Shown in pieces: positions 9,692 through 20,161 of a DNA stretch of 64,000 nucleotides; the stretch's first letter is position 1; each line of letters begins with the position of its first letter. A model generated the notes under the pieces. The model worked only from the letters and a program-made list of their open reading frames with translations, was not told the DNA's origin and searched no databases. Source of the DNA: Nitrospirota bacterium (GTDB lineage Bacteria > Nitrospirota > UBA9217). The stretch is taken from the NCBI GenBank assembly GCA_963845065.1, contig CAWJQQ010000008.1, forward strand, positions 448,001-512,000. Direction: 5' to 3'. A program made the translations under genes and the position numbers.

Positions 9692-10531
9692 TTATTCCTT
9701 AGCTATCCCTTCCAACAGTGTTTCTTTAATAAACTCCCGGATCAACTCCCGCGCTGATGTCTCGATCTTCAAAAATTTGACTCCTATCCCTGGCAGTTTT
9801 TTAATATCACTATTTGCATGACTATAGATGACCTCTCCCTCTATCATGAAGAGCCAGCCCGTTGAGGTGGGAAGAAAAAAAGTGAATGTATGAACACTTC
9901 CCAAGGCGAGTGGCCTGTCTGTATTCACGAACATTCCCTTTTCTGATAGTGCGGTTATATAGTCGCGCCTGCCGTTATTTTCGTTAGGCAGGCTTTCTCC
10001 GATGACGACATCGAGATACGTTGTGAGCCGGACAAAGTGTCGGGGCTTCTTCTCTGTTGCCTCCTGGATTGCTACATACAACTCATCCAAAGGAGCTGCA
10101 TGGGCAAGGTACGCAGCGCATCCGGCCTCCTCGCAGCGTTGTTTGACGTTGGGGTCATTGTTCGAAGTGTAAATGATGAAGGGGATGTTTTGTGTACGTC
10201 GATCTTTTTTTACTTTTTTCAGAAGGTCTACGCCGCTCATCTCCGGGAGGTCAACATTGGCTATGATGGTCCATGGAATGGATATGCTCAGGAAGGTCAG
10301 AGCATCTTCTGCAGTTTTGGTCATGATAACGTGATATTTAAGTCTTTGCAGAAAGATACTTGTATAAAATTGTCGCATCGGTTTATTGTCGATGACAAGA
10401 ATGAGCTGCTGTGTTGTCTCTAGATGCTCTTTCTTTTCGTCTCTCTTGCGCATCCCCATGAGCCAGGATGAGATTTCCCGATAATTTTTCTGGGGAAAAT
10501 TTGCTGCCTCATTCTGTGATTGTATATTCAT
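9692..10531 (-). CDS. Atypical receiver domain + PilZ domain protein
   Basis: ILVIDN...LPEMSGVDLL...IPFIIYT receiver fold; PRHFVR and ALSEKGMF...GIGVKF PilZ-like C-terminus. Start set at ATG 10531 after AGAGG. Confidence 0.75.
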   Translation of the reverse strand: MNIQSQNEAANFPQKNYREISSWLMGMRKRDEKKEHLETTQQLILVIDNKPMRQFYTSIFLQRLKYHVIMTKTAEDALTFLSISIPWTIIANVDLPEMSGVDLLKKVKKDRRTQNIPFIIYTSNNDPNVKQRCEEAGCAAYLAHAAPLDELYVAIQEATEKKPRHFVRLTTYLDVVIGESLPNENNGRRDYITALSEKGMFVNTDRPLALGSVHTFTFFLPTSTGWLFMIEGEVIYSHANSDIKKLPGIGVKFLKIETSARELIREFIKETLLEGIAKE

Positions 10532-10821
10532 ATTGAGCAAACCTCTTTTGTGAAATTGGACACATCTGTATTTAATTTGAAAAGTTGTTCTTTCAGAACA
10601 ACATCTACCTGTTTCCTGCATGCTCCGGGCGAGAATTACTAGAATATACCACATAATTGTTGTGTCAACAAAAAAATAAAGCCTTATTGATAACTCCGCA
10701 CTCGCAAGCTTTCATCATTATTTCCCGACATGTTATGCATTCTCATTAAGTTTAAATATTTGTTAAGAATCAAAATCCACCCCATCCTTATATATATATA
10801 TTCTTTTGATTGGGCCAACGC

Positions 10822-10841
10822 AATACCCCTGTAGGGGTATT
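10822..10841. promoter_or_regulatory. Palindromic operator, CsoR/RcnR-like
   Basis: AATACCCCT-GT-AGGGGTATT perfect inverted repeat with C/G tracts. Confidence 0.45.
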
Positions 10842-10938
10842 TTTAGGATAGAAAAAATAACCGATTTTTTCTAAAAAATCAATTTATTATCAATTTTCAT
10901 CTGTCAAAAGGGGCAAATAATATTTTAAACGATGAAAT

Positions 10939-11610
10939 TCATAGAATGTTGCAAGTATATCCCTTTTTTAAGATCTTTGAATATATATCAGCGCAGCGAA
11001 TCGGCTCTGGGATGCGGTAATTGCCGAGGCAGGAAAGGGCGAGACGGACAGCAGACTGCACATCGGTCCTGTGGCCAGGGGATATAAAAAGCGGCCGCAC
11101 ATTGTCCTTCGTTCGTAAGACTGCGCCGACGATATCACCCCCAAGACCGAGTGGTGACCAGCTTCCTTTTTTATTTTCTGGCTCTTTGTAGTCGCCGATT
11201 AGTCTGGATTTAGCGCAGCCTATCGTAGGTATGTCGAGCCGCACGCCAATGAAGGAAGCTATGCCGAACTGTCGCGGATGAGCGATGCCTTGCCCATCGA
11301 CGAGAATGAGATCGGGTATGTGCAGTAACATTTTGAGGGCCGCAATGATGGCAGGCCCTTCACGAAATGCAAGGAAGCCGGGTACATAAGGGAAGCGGTG
11401 TTTCCGTACTGCCGATCGGCGCTCAACGAACGTAAGCTCGGGAAAACTGAAGATGCAAGCCACGGCGAATACGCGGTCGTAAGAAAAAGCTGCGTCCACG
11501 CCTGCGACGAGTCGCGGAACATGCTTTAAGGGAGAAAGAAGCACTTGCATCTTCAGTTTGTCCTGCTCAGTGCGCGCTTCTTGTATGGTTATAGTCTTCG
11601 GCCACTTCAT
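10939..11610 (-). CDS. nfi: Endonuclease V (deoxyinosine 3' endonuclease)
   Basis: VAGVD, FPYVPGFLAFRE, VDGQGIAHPR..GIAS, PTIGCAKS, PLFISPGH, YRIPEP. Confidence 0.95.
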   Translation of the reverse strand: MKWPKTITIQEARTEQDKLKMQVLLSPLKHVPRLVAGVDAAFSYDRVFAVACIFSFPELTFVERRSAVRKHRFPYVPGFLAFREGPAIIAALKMLLHIPDLILVDGQGIAHPRQFGIASFIGVRLDIPTIGCAKSRLIGDYKEPENKKGSWSPLGLGGDIVGAVLRTKDNVRPLFISPGHRTDVQSAVRLALSCLGNYRIPEPIRCADIYSKILKKGYTCNIL

Positions 11611-11723
11611 GATTAGAACCGCTTCAACGTGCGATATAATTATACTATATTTTGATTTTGGCAATTCGAGTTACGATATCTCTGCACACTAAAAGGTGAT
11701 GCGCCACAAACGAGGTGCTATCC

Positions 11724-12197
11724 ATGCTTCTCTATCTTGTTCAGCACGGTGAAGCAAAGAGAGAGGACGAAGATCCGGCGCGAGGGCTAACGGAAAAGGG
11801 AGCAAAAGATGTGAAAAAGGTGGCTCAACTTTTACAAAACAAGATACTTTCACTGAGCCACGTATTTCACAGCAACAAGACCCGTGCCATAGAAACTGCC
11901 CGGATTTTTGCCGAGCATCTGACACCTGCTCAGGGGGTTTCCGAGGCTGGAAATCTAGCTCCCATGGACGATCCCGGAATCTGGGCTAACCGCATAGCGG
12001 GAATGAACGCAGACATCATGCTGGTTGGCCATTTACCCTTCATGGCGAGGCTGGCAGGACATCTCTTGTGCATCGAAAGAGAGACGCCACTTATCGATTT
12101 CAAGATGGGTGGAATTGTTTGTCTCATGCGGTCCGACGAGGGGCGATGGTCCCTGGAGTGGATGATAGTGCCTGAGATATTGGCAAATGTATTTTGA
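11724..12197 (+). CDS. sixA: Phosphohistidine phosphatase SixA
   Basis: LYLVQHGEA, R.LT..G, HS.KTRA.ETA, MLVGHLP. Confidence 0.9.
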   Translation: MLLYLVQHGEAKREDEDPARGLTEKGAKDVKKVAQLLQNKILSLSHVFHSNKTRAIETARIFAEHLTPAQGVSEAGNLAPMDDPGIWANRIAGMNADIMLVGHLPFMARLAGHLLCIERETPLIDFKMGGIVCLMRSDEGRWSLEWMIVPEILANVF

Positions 12198-12813
12198 CGC
12201 ACTCCCACAGCAAAAGTGCGGTGGGTTTCTCGGGAGGGGCTCCTAGCGCATATCCATGCAAATAATTATTCGCTGATTCCGGTGGACCGTTAAATGTTCT
12301 TTTAAAATTTACCATCCTTTATAACACATAACGTTTGTGCTGCCAAGGTGTGGGCAAATGCCACGCATGATGATCTTATCATTTTATATCCCTATTTTTG
12401 ACCTACTGACCATTCCGATATACTAATCCATCTCATCGTAACCACCCCTAGCGTGAATGCACTGTCTTTGGTATACAGGTCTCTTTTATCGAAGCCTGGC
12501 TAGTTCCCCTGATATGATAGTATTGCAAATCGAGCTAGATCGAGATTTTAATACTTTCATCGAATTGACATTCAGATAAAATGCGCTTTATTGAAATTAT
12601 TGAATAGTTTTTTTGTATGATGGGTCGAGTAACGAAAATCATATTGCTAATCCACGGTGTGGATGGCCCTGCGCAGAAGTTACCCTTATCACCGTTTTTA
12701 CGAAGGGCTAGTGACAAGGTGTTGAAGCCTCAATTGAAGATATCGGCGAGCTCGCAGGCAAAATATCGTGACGCGACTTCATCGTGAAGAGTTACGAAGA
12801 AAGGAGACAACCT

Positions 12814-13680
12814 ATGACTTATATTAATGTCGGTAAAGAGAATTCGACCAATATCGATCTCTACTACGAGGACCACGGTACGGGCAAGCCTGTCGTGCTG
12901 ATACATGGCTGGCCGTTGAGCAGCAGCTCCTGGGAGAGACAGGTCCCGATCCTGCTGAATGCCGGATACCGGGTTATTGCTTACGACCGTCGAGGATTCG
13001 GAAACTCCAGCAAGCCAGTGTTGGGCTATGACTACAACACCTTCGCTGCAGATCTGGATAAGGTCATGACGAAGCTCAATATTCGCGATGCTGCATTGGT
13101 GGGTTTCTCGATGGGAGGCGGTGAGGTGGCTCGCTATCTTGGCACGTACGGAACGAAGCGGGTAAGCAAGGCGGTTTTCATGTCTGCGGTCCCGCCATTC
13201 CTTCTGAAAACGCCAGACAACCAGGAAGGCGTAGACGGCAGCGTTTTCGATGGAATTAAGACGGCCCTTGCCGCAGATCGTCCAGCATTCCTCTCAGTTT
13301 TTCTCTCAAACTTTTACAACGTCGACGTCCTTGGAGGCAAGAAGGTCAGCGACGGGGACGTTCGCCTCAGTTGGAACATCGCTGCCGGGGCCTCCCCAAA
13401 GGGCACGCTGGACTGTGTCCAAGCATGGTTGACCGACTTCCGGGAGGACCTCAAGCACATCGATGTGCCCACGCTGGTCATTCACGGCGATGACGATCGA
13501 ATTCTACCCTTCGCCGCAACGGCAAAGCGCACATCTGAGTTGGTCAAGGGGAGCCGGCTCGTGGTGGTCAAGGGCGGACCGCACGGGCTGAACTGGACAC
13601 ACGCTGAAGAAATCAACCATGAACTGTTGGACTTTCTCGGAGCGAAGCAGGAGGAGATCCGGGAGAGAGTCGCCGCATAG
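12814..13680 (+). CDS. Non-heme haloperoxidase / alpha-beta hydrolase (Cpo/BpoA-like)
   Basis: LYYEDHGTGKPVVLIHGWPL, YDRRGFG.S, GFSMGG nucleophile, IHGDDD, GGPHG. Confidence 0.9.
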   Translation: MTYINVGKENSTNIDLYYEDHGTGKPVVLIHGWPLSSSSWERQVPILLNAGYRVIAYDRRGFGNSSKPVLGYDYNTFAADLDKVMTKLNIRDAALVGFSMGGGEVARYLGTYGTKRVSKAVFMSAVPPFLLKTPDNQEGVDGSVFDGIKTALAADRPAFLSVFLSNFYNVDVLGGKKVSDGDVRLSWNIAAGASPKGTLDCVQAWLTDFREDLKHIDVPTLVIHGDDDRILPFAATAKRTSELVKGSRLVVVKGGPHGLNWTHAEEINHELLDFLGAKQEEIRERVAA

Positions 13681-14704
13681 TTATCGAATGTTTTACTGTT
13701 TATTGCTTAAAAGGGGAATCGTCGGGGCATTGCGGCCTCCTTGTCAAGCCAGAGAGCGGTAGAAAAAAAAGGAGCTATTAAATCACTCGGGTAACATGTG
13801 ACACAACCCCCCTCACGATCCTCCAATTGGACAAATTAGTGTATGCTTGTATAACGTAGATTCGCCGGTTCAAGTTCAGCCGTGGGAGTTCAGCAGTCTA
13901 CCCAAGGAGTAGGGAAAAGGTGTCGAGAGTAAGCTAATGCACTAGCTTCCTTCACAAAGATATTATAAAGGAAAGCAAAACTGCGGGTCGGAGCATAAGC
14001 GACCTTGACAAACTCCTACCGGTAAAGCATTGGGGTTTCCCGTGTGGGGCACGTAAGATGCATCGTCGTGAGAACATATGATGCTGCTGGCAAGGCTGCT
14101 GCGCTTATTCTAACGCAACCCGACATTACCCCACCGCGCTAAATTGATTTGCACAGTATTATGGATGACACGCCGAAGTATTCGGGGTAGGAGGGGGACG
14201 TTACCTATGTTGGAGTGGAGGGTTACTGGTATTTGCCAATGCTGCTGTGTGTCTCCCAAGGATCATATAACTTTGGGAGAGGGAAGAGGCATAGATGCAT
14301 CATTTCCTGAAAATGGGAGGATTCTGGCAGTGCATAATGCTAAAACGCCAGAGCAGGTTCGGAAATTTCTGAAATAATGTTATTTTTTGTAATGAAATGA
14401 AGCATACTGGTTACAATGTTTATTGACACATAATATCTTTTACTTGCAAAAAAAATATATCCTTTTAAATTCATAAATTATCCACGTGTAGCGATATCGT
14501 CTACCCATAAAATACGCTATCCTTGCACTCTATTACTAATATAAAAGTGCTAAAATAAAGTAACAATCCTATCCTCTCTTTTCTTCAGTTTAAAAACTAC
14601 GGGAGGTTGACTTTAGCAATATTTATTATTGAAAATTTTTTTCATATTGCCAGTCAGTCCGCGAGCACATTCTTATAAAGTTTGGTGGTTAAACGAGGAT
14701 ACAA

Positions 14705-16480
14705 ATGTTCTATAAAAATCTTGCTAAACAAAAACCCTTTAATCCCTGGCATTTTATCTGGATCACGGGAGTTGCATCTGAATTACTTACGGCCTTTTTG
14801 ACTTTTATGCAGTACTCGCTATTTTTAAAAACCAATTTGCCCCACCTATTGATGGTTGGCGCTATAGATGCGTTATTTGTCCCTATAATGGTTGCTCCGA
14901 TCATTGTTTATTTTACGAGGCAAGGCGCTGAAATTCAAAAACACACTAAGCAACTTCAACACGAAATTGTGGCGCGCAAGCAGGTAGAGGATGCCTTGTC
15001 GTCATCAGAAGCGCGATTCAGGACCATTATCGAAAACGCTTCCACTGGCATCGTTGTCGCTGATGCTGAGGTCAGACGTTTCCGGTATGCTAATCCAGAG
15101 ATCTGCCGTATGCTGGGGTATAGTTACGACGAACTTATGGCGCTCGACGTAATGGCCATCCATCCGGTTGCCGAACAGCGTGGTGTGGTTCAATTTGCCG
15201 CTAATCGGAACATGCAGACCCTCTGCCTTCGCAAGGATGGAACGGTATTCCCCGTGGATATCAAGTCAGCGGCTCTGGAAATTGACGGAAGGTTGTGCCA
15301 TGCAGGATTTTTCACTGACATCTCGGAAAGACGTCTCCTCGAAGAGGAGCGGCTCAAGACCCAGAAACTTGAAGCCATTGGCACACTGGCCGGAGGCATA
15401 GCTCATGACTTCAATAACTTGTTGCAGGGAGTATTCGGCTATATTTCCCTTGCAAAGCTGGTTAGGGATGATAGGGAAAAAAGTTTTTCAGCACTCGAAC
15501 AAGCCGAGAAGGCGCTGCACATGTCGGTTAAACTGACAAATCAGCTTCTGACCTTCGCGAAAGGCGGTGAGCCGTTAAAGAAACCGCTTGATCTCCGGTC
15601 GGTGATCGAGAATGCGGCGAAATTCGCCCTGAGCGGCTCACGCTCGGATTATCGCATCGTTATGGAAGACCGACTCTGGCAAATAGAGGCGGACGAAAGC
15701 CAGATCGGTCAGGCAATCCAGAATATCGTGCTGAATGCCGATCAGGCAATGCCGCGAGGTGGCCGCGTGGAGATTGCGGTGAGAAACATCGACTTTTCAA
15801 TTAAGGGTTTGCCTCTGAGTTTGCAGCAGGCGAAATACATTGAGATTGCCATCAATGACAGCGGCATCGGGATACCGGAACAGTACTTGGGCAGGATTTT
15901 TGATCCCTATTTCACGACCAAAGAACGCGGAAGCGGTTTGGGTCTCGCGACATCCTATTCCATAATAAAAAACCATGAGGGCCTTATTGACGCTAAATCC
16001 GAAGCGGGCAAAGGAACGACGTTTTTCATTTACCTGCCGGCGACAGAAACGACGCAAAAAGAGGTGATGGACAAACCAATAGCAGCGGCAGCATCGAGTC
16101 GTTCAGGAATAGTACTTGTCATGGACGACGAACCGGTCATCCGGGATGTTGCCGGGAAATTGATCGTCGCTCTCGGTCATACAGTAGCATTCGCGACCTG
16201 TGGTGAAGAGGCTGTCGAGAAGTATGAGAAGGCGCGGCAGGCAGGCAAAGCATATGATGTCGTGATTCTCGATCTAACGATACGGGGCGGGATGGGCGGA
16301 GCAGAGACGGTTAGGAAGCTGAAAGAAATGGATGACAACGTAATGGCGGTTGTATCGAGCGGCTACTCTGATGATGCCGTGATATCGCACTACCGTGACC
16401 ATGGTTTCAAGGCATTTCTCAAGAAGCCCTATAATGTTGATGACCTCGGCAGGGTTCTCAATACGCTGCTTAGTATCTAG
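14705..16480 (+). CDS. Hybrid sensor histidine kinase (TM-PAS-HisKA-HATPase-REC)
   Basis: [12 protein letters not shown]-box, FDPYFTTK, GSGLGL, C-terminal VMDDE...ILDL...KPY receiver. Confidence 0.92.
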   Translation: MFYKNLAKQKPFNPWHFIWITGVASELLTAFLTFMQYSLFLKTNLPHLLMVGAIDALFVPIMVAPIIVYFTRQGAEIQKHTKQLQHEIVARKQVEDALSSSEARFRTIIENASTGIVVADAEVRRFRYANPEICRMLGYSYDELMALDVMAIHPVAEQRGVVQFAANRNMQTLCLRKDGTVFPVDIKSAALEIDGRLCHAGFFTDISERRLLEEERLKTQKLEAIGTLAGGIAHDFNNLLQGVFGYISLAKLVRDDREKSFSALEQAEKALHMSVKLTNQLLTFAKGGEPLKKPLDLRSVIENAAKFALSGSRSDYRIVMEDRLWQIEADESQIGQAIQNIVLNADQAMPRGGRVEIAVRNIDFSIKGLPLSLQQAKYIEIAINDSGIGIPEQYLGRIFDPYFTTKERGSGLGLATSYSIIKNHEGLIDAKSEAGKGTTFFIYLPATETTQKEVMDKPIAAAASSRSGIVLVMDDEPVIRDVAGKLIVALGHTVAFATCGEEAVEKYEKARQAGKAYDVVILDLTIRGGMGGAETVRKLKEMDDNVMAVVSSGYSDDAVISHYRDHGFKAFLKKPYNVDDLGRVLNTLLSI

Positions 16481-16686
16481 TGTAGTCCGTCTGATGGCTT
16501 TTTACAATTAGCGACCTTGGATTATATCTGTGCCACAGGTATGGTCCACACATGAGCACCTGAGGATTTTGATTGCGATTGTCGGCATGTGTCGGATCTT
16601 GAAAGCATTAATCACGGCAGGTTCATTTCGAATTTTAGGGTCACCTATGATACTTCGCATATTCCGCGCCAGATGGAGGACAGGAT

Positions 16687-17028
16687 ATGATGCTTGATTG
16701 GAATGATTATCACAAACAGCTTGCCGCCACGATCGCGGATATTGGCAGGATTAATCCTGATACCATCCGCGGGTATCGTGATCTCAGCAGCGCCCCCGCG
16801 AAGCTTGGGAAACTCGATCCCAAAACCCGCGAACTGATCGCGCTGGCGGTAGGGGTCACCCGGCAGTGCGACGGTTGCATCGTCACCCATACGGATGCCG
16901 CGATCAAGAACGGGGCCACAAGGGAAGAGATCATGGAAGCGCTTGGGGTTGCCATCGCCGTGAACGCCGGCGCGGCCCTCGTATATTCGGCCAGGGTCAT
17001 GGATGCGTATCTCGCAAAGAAAGCTTGA
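16687..17028 (+). CDS. Carboxymuconolactone decarboxylase / AhpD-like protein
   Basis: LDPKTRELIALAV..TRQCDGCIVTH...GATREEI.EAL. Confidence 0.9.
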   Translation: MMLDWNDYHKQLAATIADIGRINPDTIRGYRDLSSAPAKLGKLDPKTRELIALAVGVTRQCDGCIVTHTDAAIKNGATREEIMEALGVAIAVNAGAALVYSARVMDAYLAKKA

Positions 17029-17156
17029 TCCGCATTGCGGTCGAACATGAGACAATACTTCCACGAGGCATTCATGAATCAGTTTTATAACAAAAAAATT
17101 AAATGAATGCGAAAATAATGGTGAAGAGTGGTCTGTAGCCTGCGCCAGGCAAAAGA

Positions 17157-17612
17157 ATGGCAATAGGGAGCGCAATTGTGATTCGTTATTATCGACAGAC
17201 GATCGTCATATTATCGGTTTGTGTTTTAGTTTCTGTCTTAATCCTTTCATGTAATTCAAGTAATCAAGATACAATTGGACCTAATGGACCTGTTGGACCT
17301 GTTGGGGGCCCTTGCACCTACAGTAGCGTTACAGGGACAGCCGATATCATGTCCATTGATACTGTTACAGGTGGAGTCGCAGCCTCTTTCGCTTTTACTC
17401 CAACTGACCCTAATACCGCAGCCAAATATGGAGAGGGTAATAGCGGGATCTTATATACAGGATCTGGTCAGCTGCCTAGTGTTGAATTGATTTCCTCAAA
17501 CGGTATTACGTCTGGAGAATTTCTTCCAGCTATCCGTGAAGAAATAGTTATGGGGGCATGCACTCCTTGGTTGTATACCTTCCCAACGCTTTCTAATCTT
17601 TATGGACAGTAG
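17157..17612 (+). CDS. Hypothetical lipoprotein
   Basis: Hydrophobic leader with an ILSC lipobox. Start uncertain (GTG 17178 is an alternative). Confidence 0.6.
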   Translation: MAIGSAIVIRYYRQTIVILSVCVLVSVLILSCNSSNQDTIGPNGPVGPVGGPCTYSSVTGTADIMSIDTVTGGVAASFAFTPTDPNTAAKYGEGNSGILYTGSGQLPSVELISSNGITSGEFLPAIREEIVMGACTPWLYTFPTLSNLYGQ

Positions 17613-17731
17613 TAATTCTACAAGAATTGGTGTGGGAGAGTCGAGGATAGAGTGAGCGCTTGATGCGGTTTGTTCACCCCAATCACCCCGTTGCCCCGCC
17701 CATGGTTTCCATTACCAGAAGGAGAGATCAC

Positions 17732-18751
17732 ATGCGACAGGTCTGGGTCACTCGTGTTGGCCCGCCAGAGGTACTCGTGCTCCGCGAGGCGCCCGATCCT
17801 GCTCCGAATACGGGAGAGGTTCTGATCCGCGTCCGGGCTTCGGGTGTCAACTTCGCCGACATCATGGCTCGGCTTGGACTCTATCCAGACGCTCCTAAGC
17901 TGCCTGCGGTCGTCGGTTATGAGATTGCCGGCGACATTGCTGAGGTTGGCGATGGAGTGACTCGCTCAATTGGTGAAAAAGTCTTTGCAATTACACACTT
18001 TGGTGGCTATACCGATAAAATCTGTTTACCCGCCGCTCAGGCTTTACCGCTTCCCGAAGGCATGAGCTACGAGGAAGGCGTTGCCATCCCGGTCAACTAT
18101 CTGACTGCATACCAGATGCTCGTTCAAATGGGCTCGCTTAAGTCAGGAGAGCGCGTGCTTGTCCACAGTGCGGGGGGCGGGGTGGGCCTCGCCGCAATCG
18201 ACCTCTGCAAGATACATGGGGCTGAGGTTTTCGGAACGGCCTCGGCCTTGAAGCACGCCTTCCTCCTTGCGCGAGGTGTGGCTCATGTGATTGACTACAC
18301 CAAGCAGGATTATGAAGCGGAGGTGAAACATTTGACGGGTGGTCGCGGGGTACACATCGTATTGGACGCGATGGGCGGTGAGCACTGGAAGAGGGGCTAC
18401 CGATGCCTCGCACCGAGCGGGCGGCTGGTAATGTTTGGGCTTTCCAATGCCGTCAGGGGCAAAACCCGCTCGATGCTATCGCTTTTAAAGACATTGCTTA
18501 AAACGCCGTTTTTCAGCTTTCCACCGACGCGACTCATTAACGACAACAAAGCGATCATTGGTGTTAACCTCGGCCACATGTGGGGCGAAACGGAGCTTTT
18601 CAGAAGGTGGCTTCTTCAAATCCTCGACTGGTACCGGGAGGGCAAGATCCATCCAACCGTTGACGCGCGCTTCGCGCTCGCGGAGGCTCGTGCGGCGCAT
18701 CACTACATCCAGGATCGTAAAAACATCGGAAAAGTTGTCCTGGTCCCTTGA
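17732..18751 (+). CDS. Medium-chain dehydrogenase/reductase, quinone oxidoreductase (VAT-1-like)
   Basis: GVNFAD...GLYP, GYEIAG, PVNYLTAY, VLVHSAGGGVG, NIGKVVL. Confidence 0.9.
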   Translation: MRQVWVTRVGPPEVLVLREAPDPAPNTGEVLIRVRASGVNFADIMARLGLYPDAPKLPAVVGYEIAGDIAEVGDGVTRSIGEKVFAITHFGGYTDKICLPAAQALPLPEGMSYEEGVAIPVNYLTAYQMLVQMGSLKSGERVLVHSAGGGVGLAAIDLCKIHGAEVFGTASALKHAFLLARGVAHVIDYTKQDYEAEVKHLTGGRGVHIVLDAMGGEHWKRGYRCLAPSGRLVMFGLSNAVRGKTRSMLSLLKTLLKTPFFSFPPTRLINDNKAIIGVNLGHMWGETELFRRWLLQILDWYREGKIHPTVDARFALAEARAAHHYIQDRKNIGKVVLVP

Positions 18752-18873
18752 AGATAGGTTATTCCCCGATGATATGAGTGCCAAGATTAACAGGTAAAAT
18801 ATGGATCATTTGTTTTTTCTTCTTAGACCCATCTATGAATACTGCTATAATATTTTAAAAGGAGGTGTCTAAT

Positions 18874-19287
18874 ATGGTGGATACTGTCAGGAAAGTGGTC
18901 TATTTTGCGATGGATGTATCTAACAAACCGGGTGAGGGGGCACGGGTGCTGGGCGCCTTGGCAGATGCCGGAGTGAACCTTTTGGCGTTTTCGGGGTTCC
19001 CAAACGGCAGGAAGGCGCAACTCGATATTGTCCCGGAGGATGTCGTCATGTTTAAGAATGCTGCCAAGGCGGCGAAGATCAAGACACGTCCCCAGAAGTT
19101 CGGGTTCCTAGTACAAGGTGATGACCGGAAGGGCGCCACGGCGGAACTGCTCAAGAAGATGGCAGAAAAAAAGATTAACGTTACGGCCATTGACGCTGTG
19201 TCGGCGGGAGTGGGCCGCTATGCTGCTATCCTCTGGGTAGGGACGAAGGACGTGAGCAAGGCGGCGAAGGCGCTGGAAGCAAGCTAG
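18874..19287 (+). CDS. Tandem ACT-domain protein
   Basis: V.NKPGEGARVL.ALADAGVNL and GDDRKGA.AELL.K.A..INV repeats; AGGAGG RBS. Confidence 0.8.
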   Translation: MVDTVRKVVYFAMDVSNKPGEGARVLGALADAGVNLLAFSGFPNGRKAQLDIVPEDVVMFKNAAKAAKIKTRPQKFGFLVQGDDRKGATAELLKKMAEKKINVTAIDAVSAGVGRYAAILWVGTKDVSKAAKALEAS

Positions 19288-19532
19288 ACACTTTTTGACC
19301 AACAGCTCATTAATTGTATCAAAGGGCGAGAAGGGCGTGTCGGTTATGACATGCCCTTCCTGTATTAGGGCTGCGGAGCGTATGCCACAGTGCTTGACTC
19401 TGATTCATTCATCTCGTTTACCAAACTATCCGCAGAAAGCCCCTGGTTTTAACCATGGGGATGAATGCGGGAACTTTGTTTTTCGGTAATTAGTAGACAA
19501 ATGTACATCTATGTGGTATATTTAAGCAACCA

Positions 19533-20067
19533 ATGCCGAATAAACCTAAAACCCCATCTCTTATCCACGAGTTTCAACTCGTAGTGACTCCAAAGGACAA
19601 TCGAATGCTCGATGCCCGGCCACAAAGCCGAAAACGCTGGCGGTAAAGTAACCGAGTTTTCTACCCGGAGCACAAAGCTTTCCCAGACATGCCATTGCGG
19701 AACAGTAGCCCAAAAATCATTGTCCCAAAGATGGCATGCCTGCAACTGCGGGGTAAGCACCCAGCGTGATCTCTATTCCGCATTCCTTGCAAAGCATGTT
19801 TCTAACGATGTCCTCGACACGCGTCAGGCTGCCAAAGCCTGGCCGGGTGCAAACCTGCTCCTGGAACGGGCGGTGTTGGGGGTGCAGCATGAAGCGGCAA
19901 AGGGTCGAATTCATCCAACCAGCTTCGGTATCAAGCAAGAGAACACCACGAACCGGAGACAGAGCTGCTCGTCCGTTAAAGGCGGATCAACGACAGTCGA
20001 GGCCGACAACGTTCGTATTGTTGCCGGAGAGCCTGTCGGTACAGCCGCTAGAACCCCCTGGCCTTAG
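19533..20067 (+). pseudogene. tnpB: tnpB with an out-of-frame internal deletion
   Basis: N-terminal MPNKPKTP...NRMLDAR joined out of frame to HKAENAGG...; lacks RuvC-I and RuvC-II. Confidence 0.9.
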
Positions 20068-20161
20068 ACATGGGGAGTGGTCACTCTTGTCCAAAATAGG
20101 TTTTTGTTTTGGACAGCATTTTGATACTGGAAATATTTCAGGGCAACCAGAGTCGTTTGAA

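Noticed and set aside
13855..13895. tRNA-like GCCGGTTCAAGTTCAGC
   Set aside because: Only a T-arm resemblance; no D-arm or anticodon arm could be folded.
14080..14377. Possible decayed gene in the 13.7-14.7 kb gap
   Set aside because: Short broken frames with no recognisable family.
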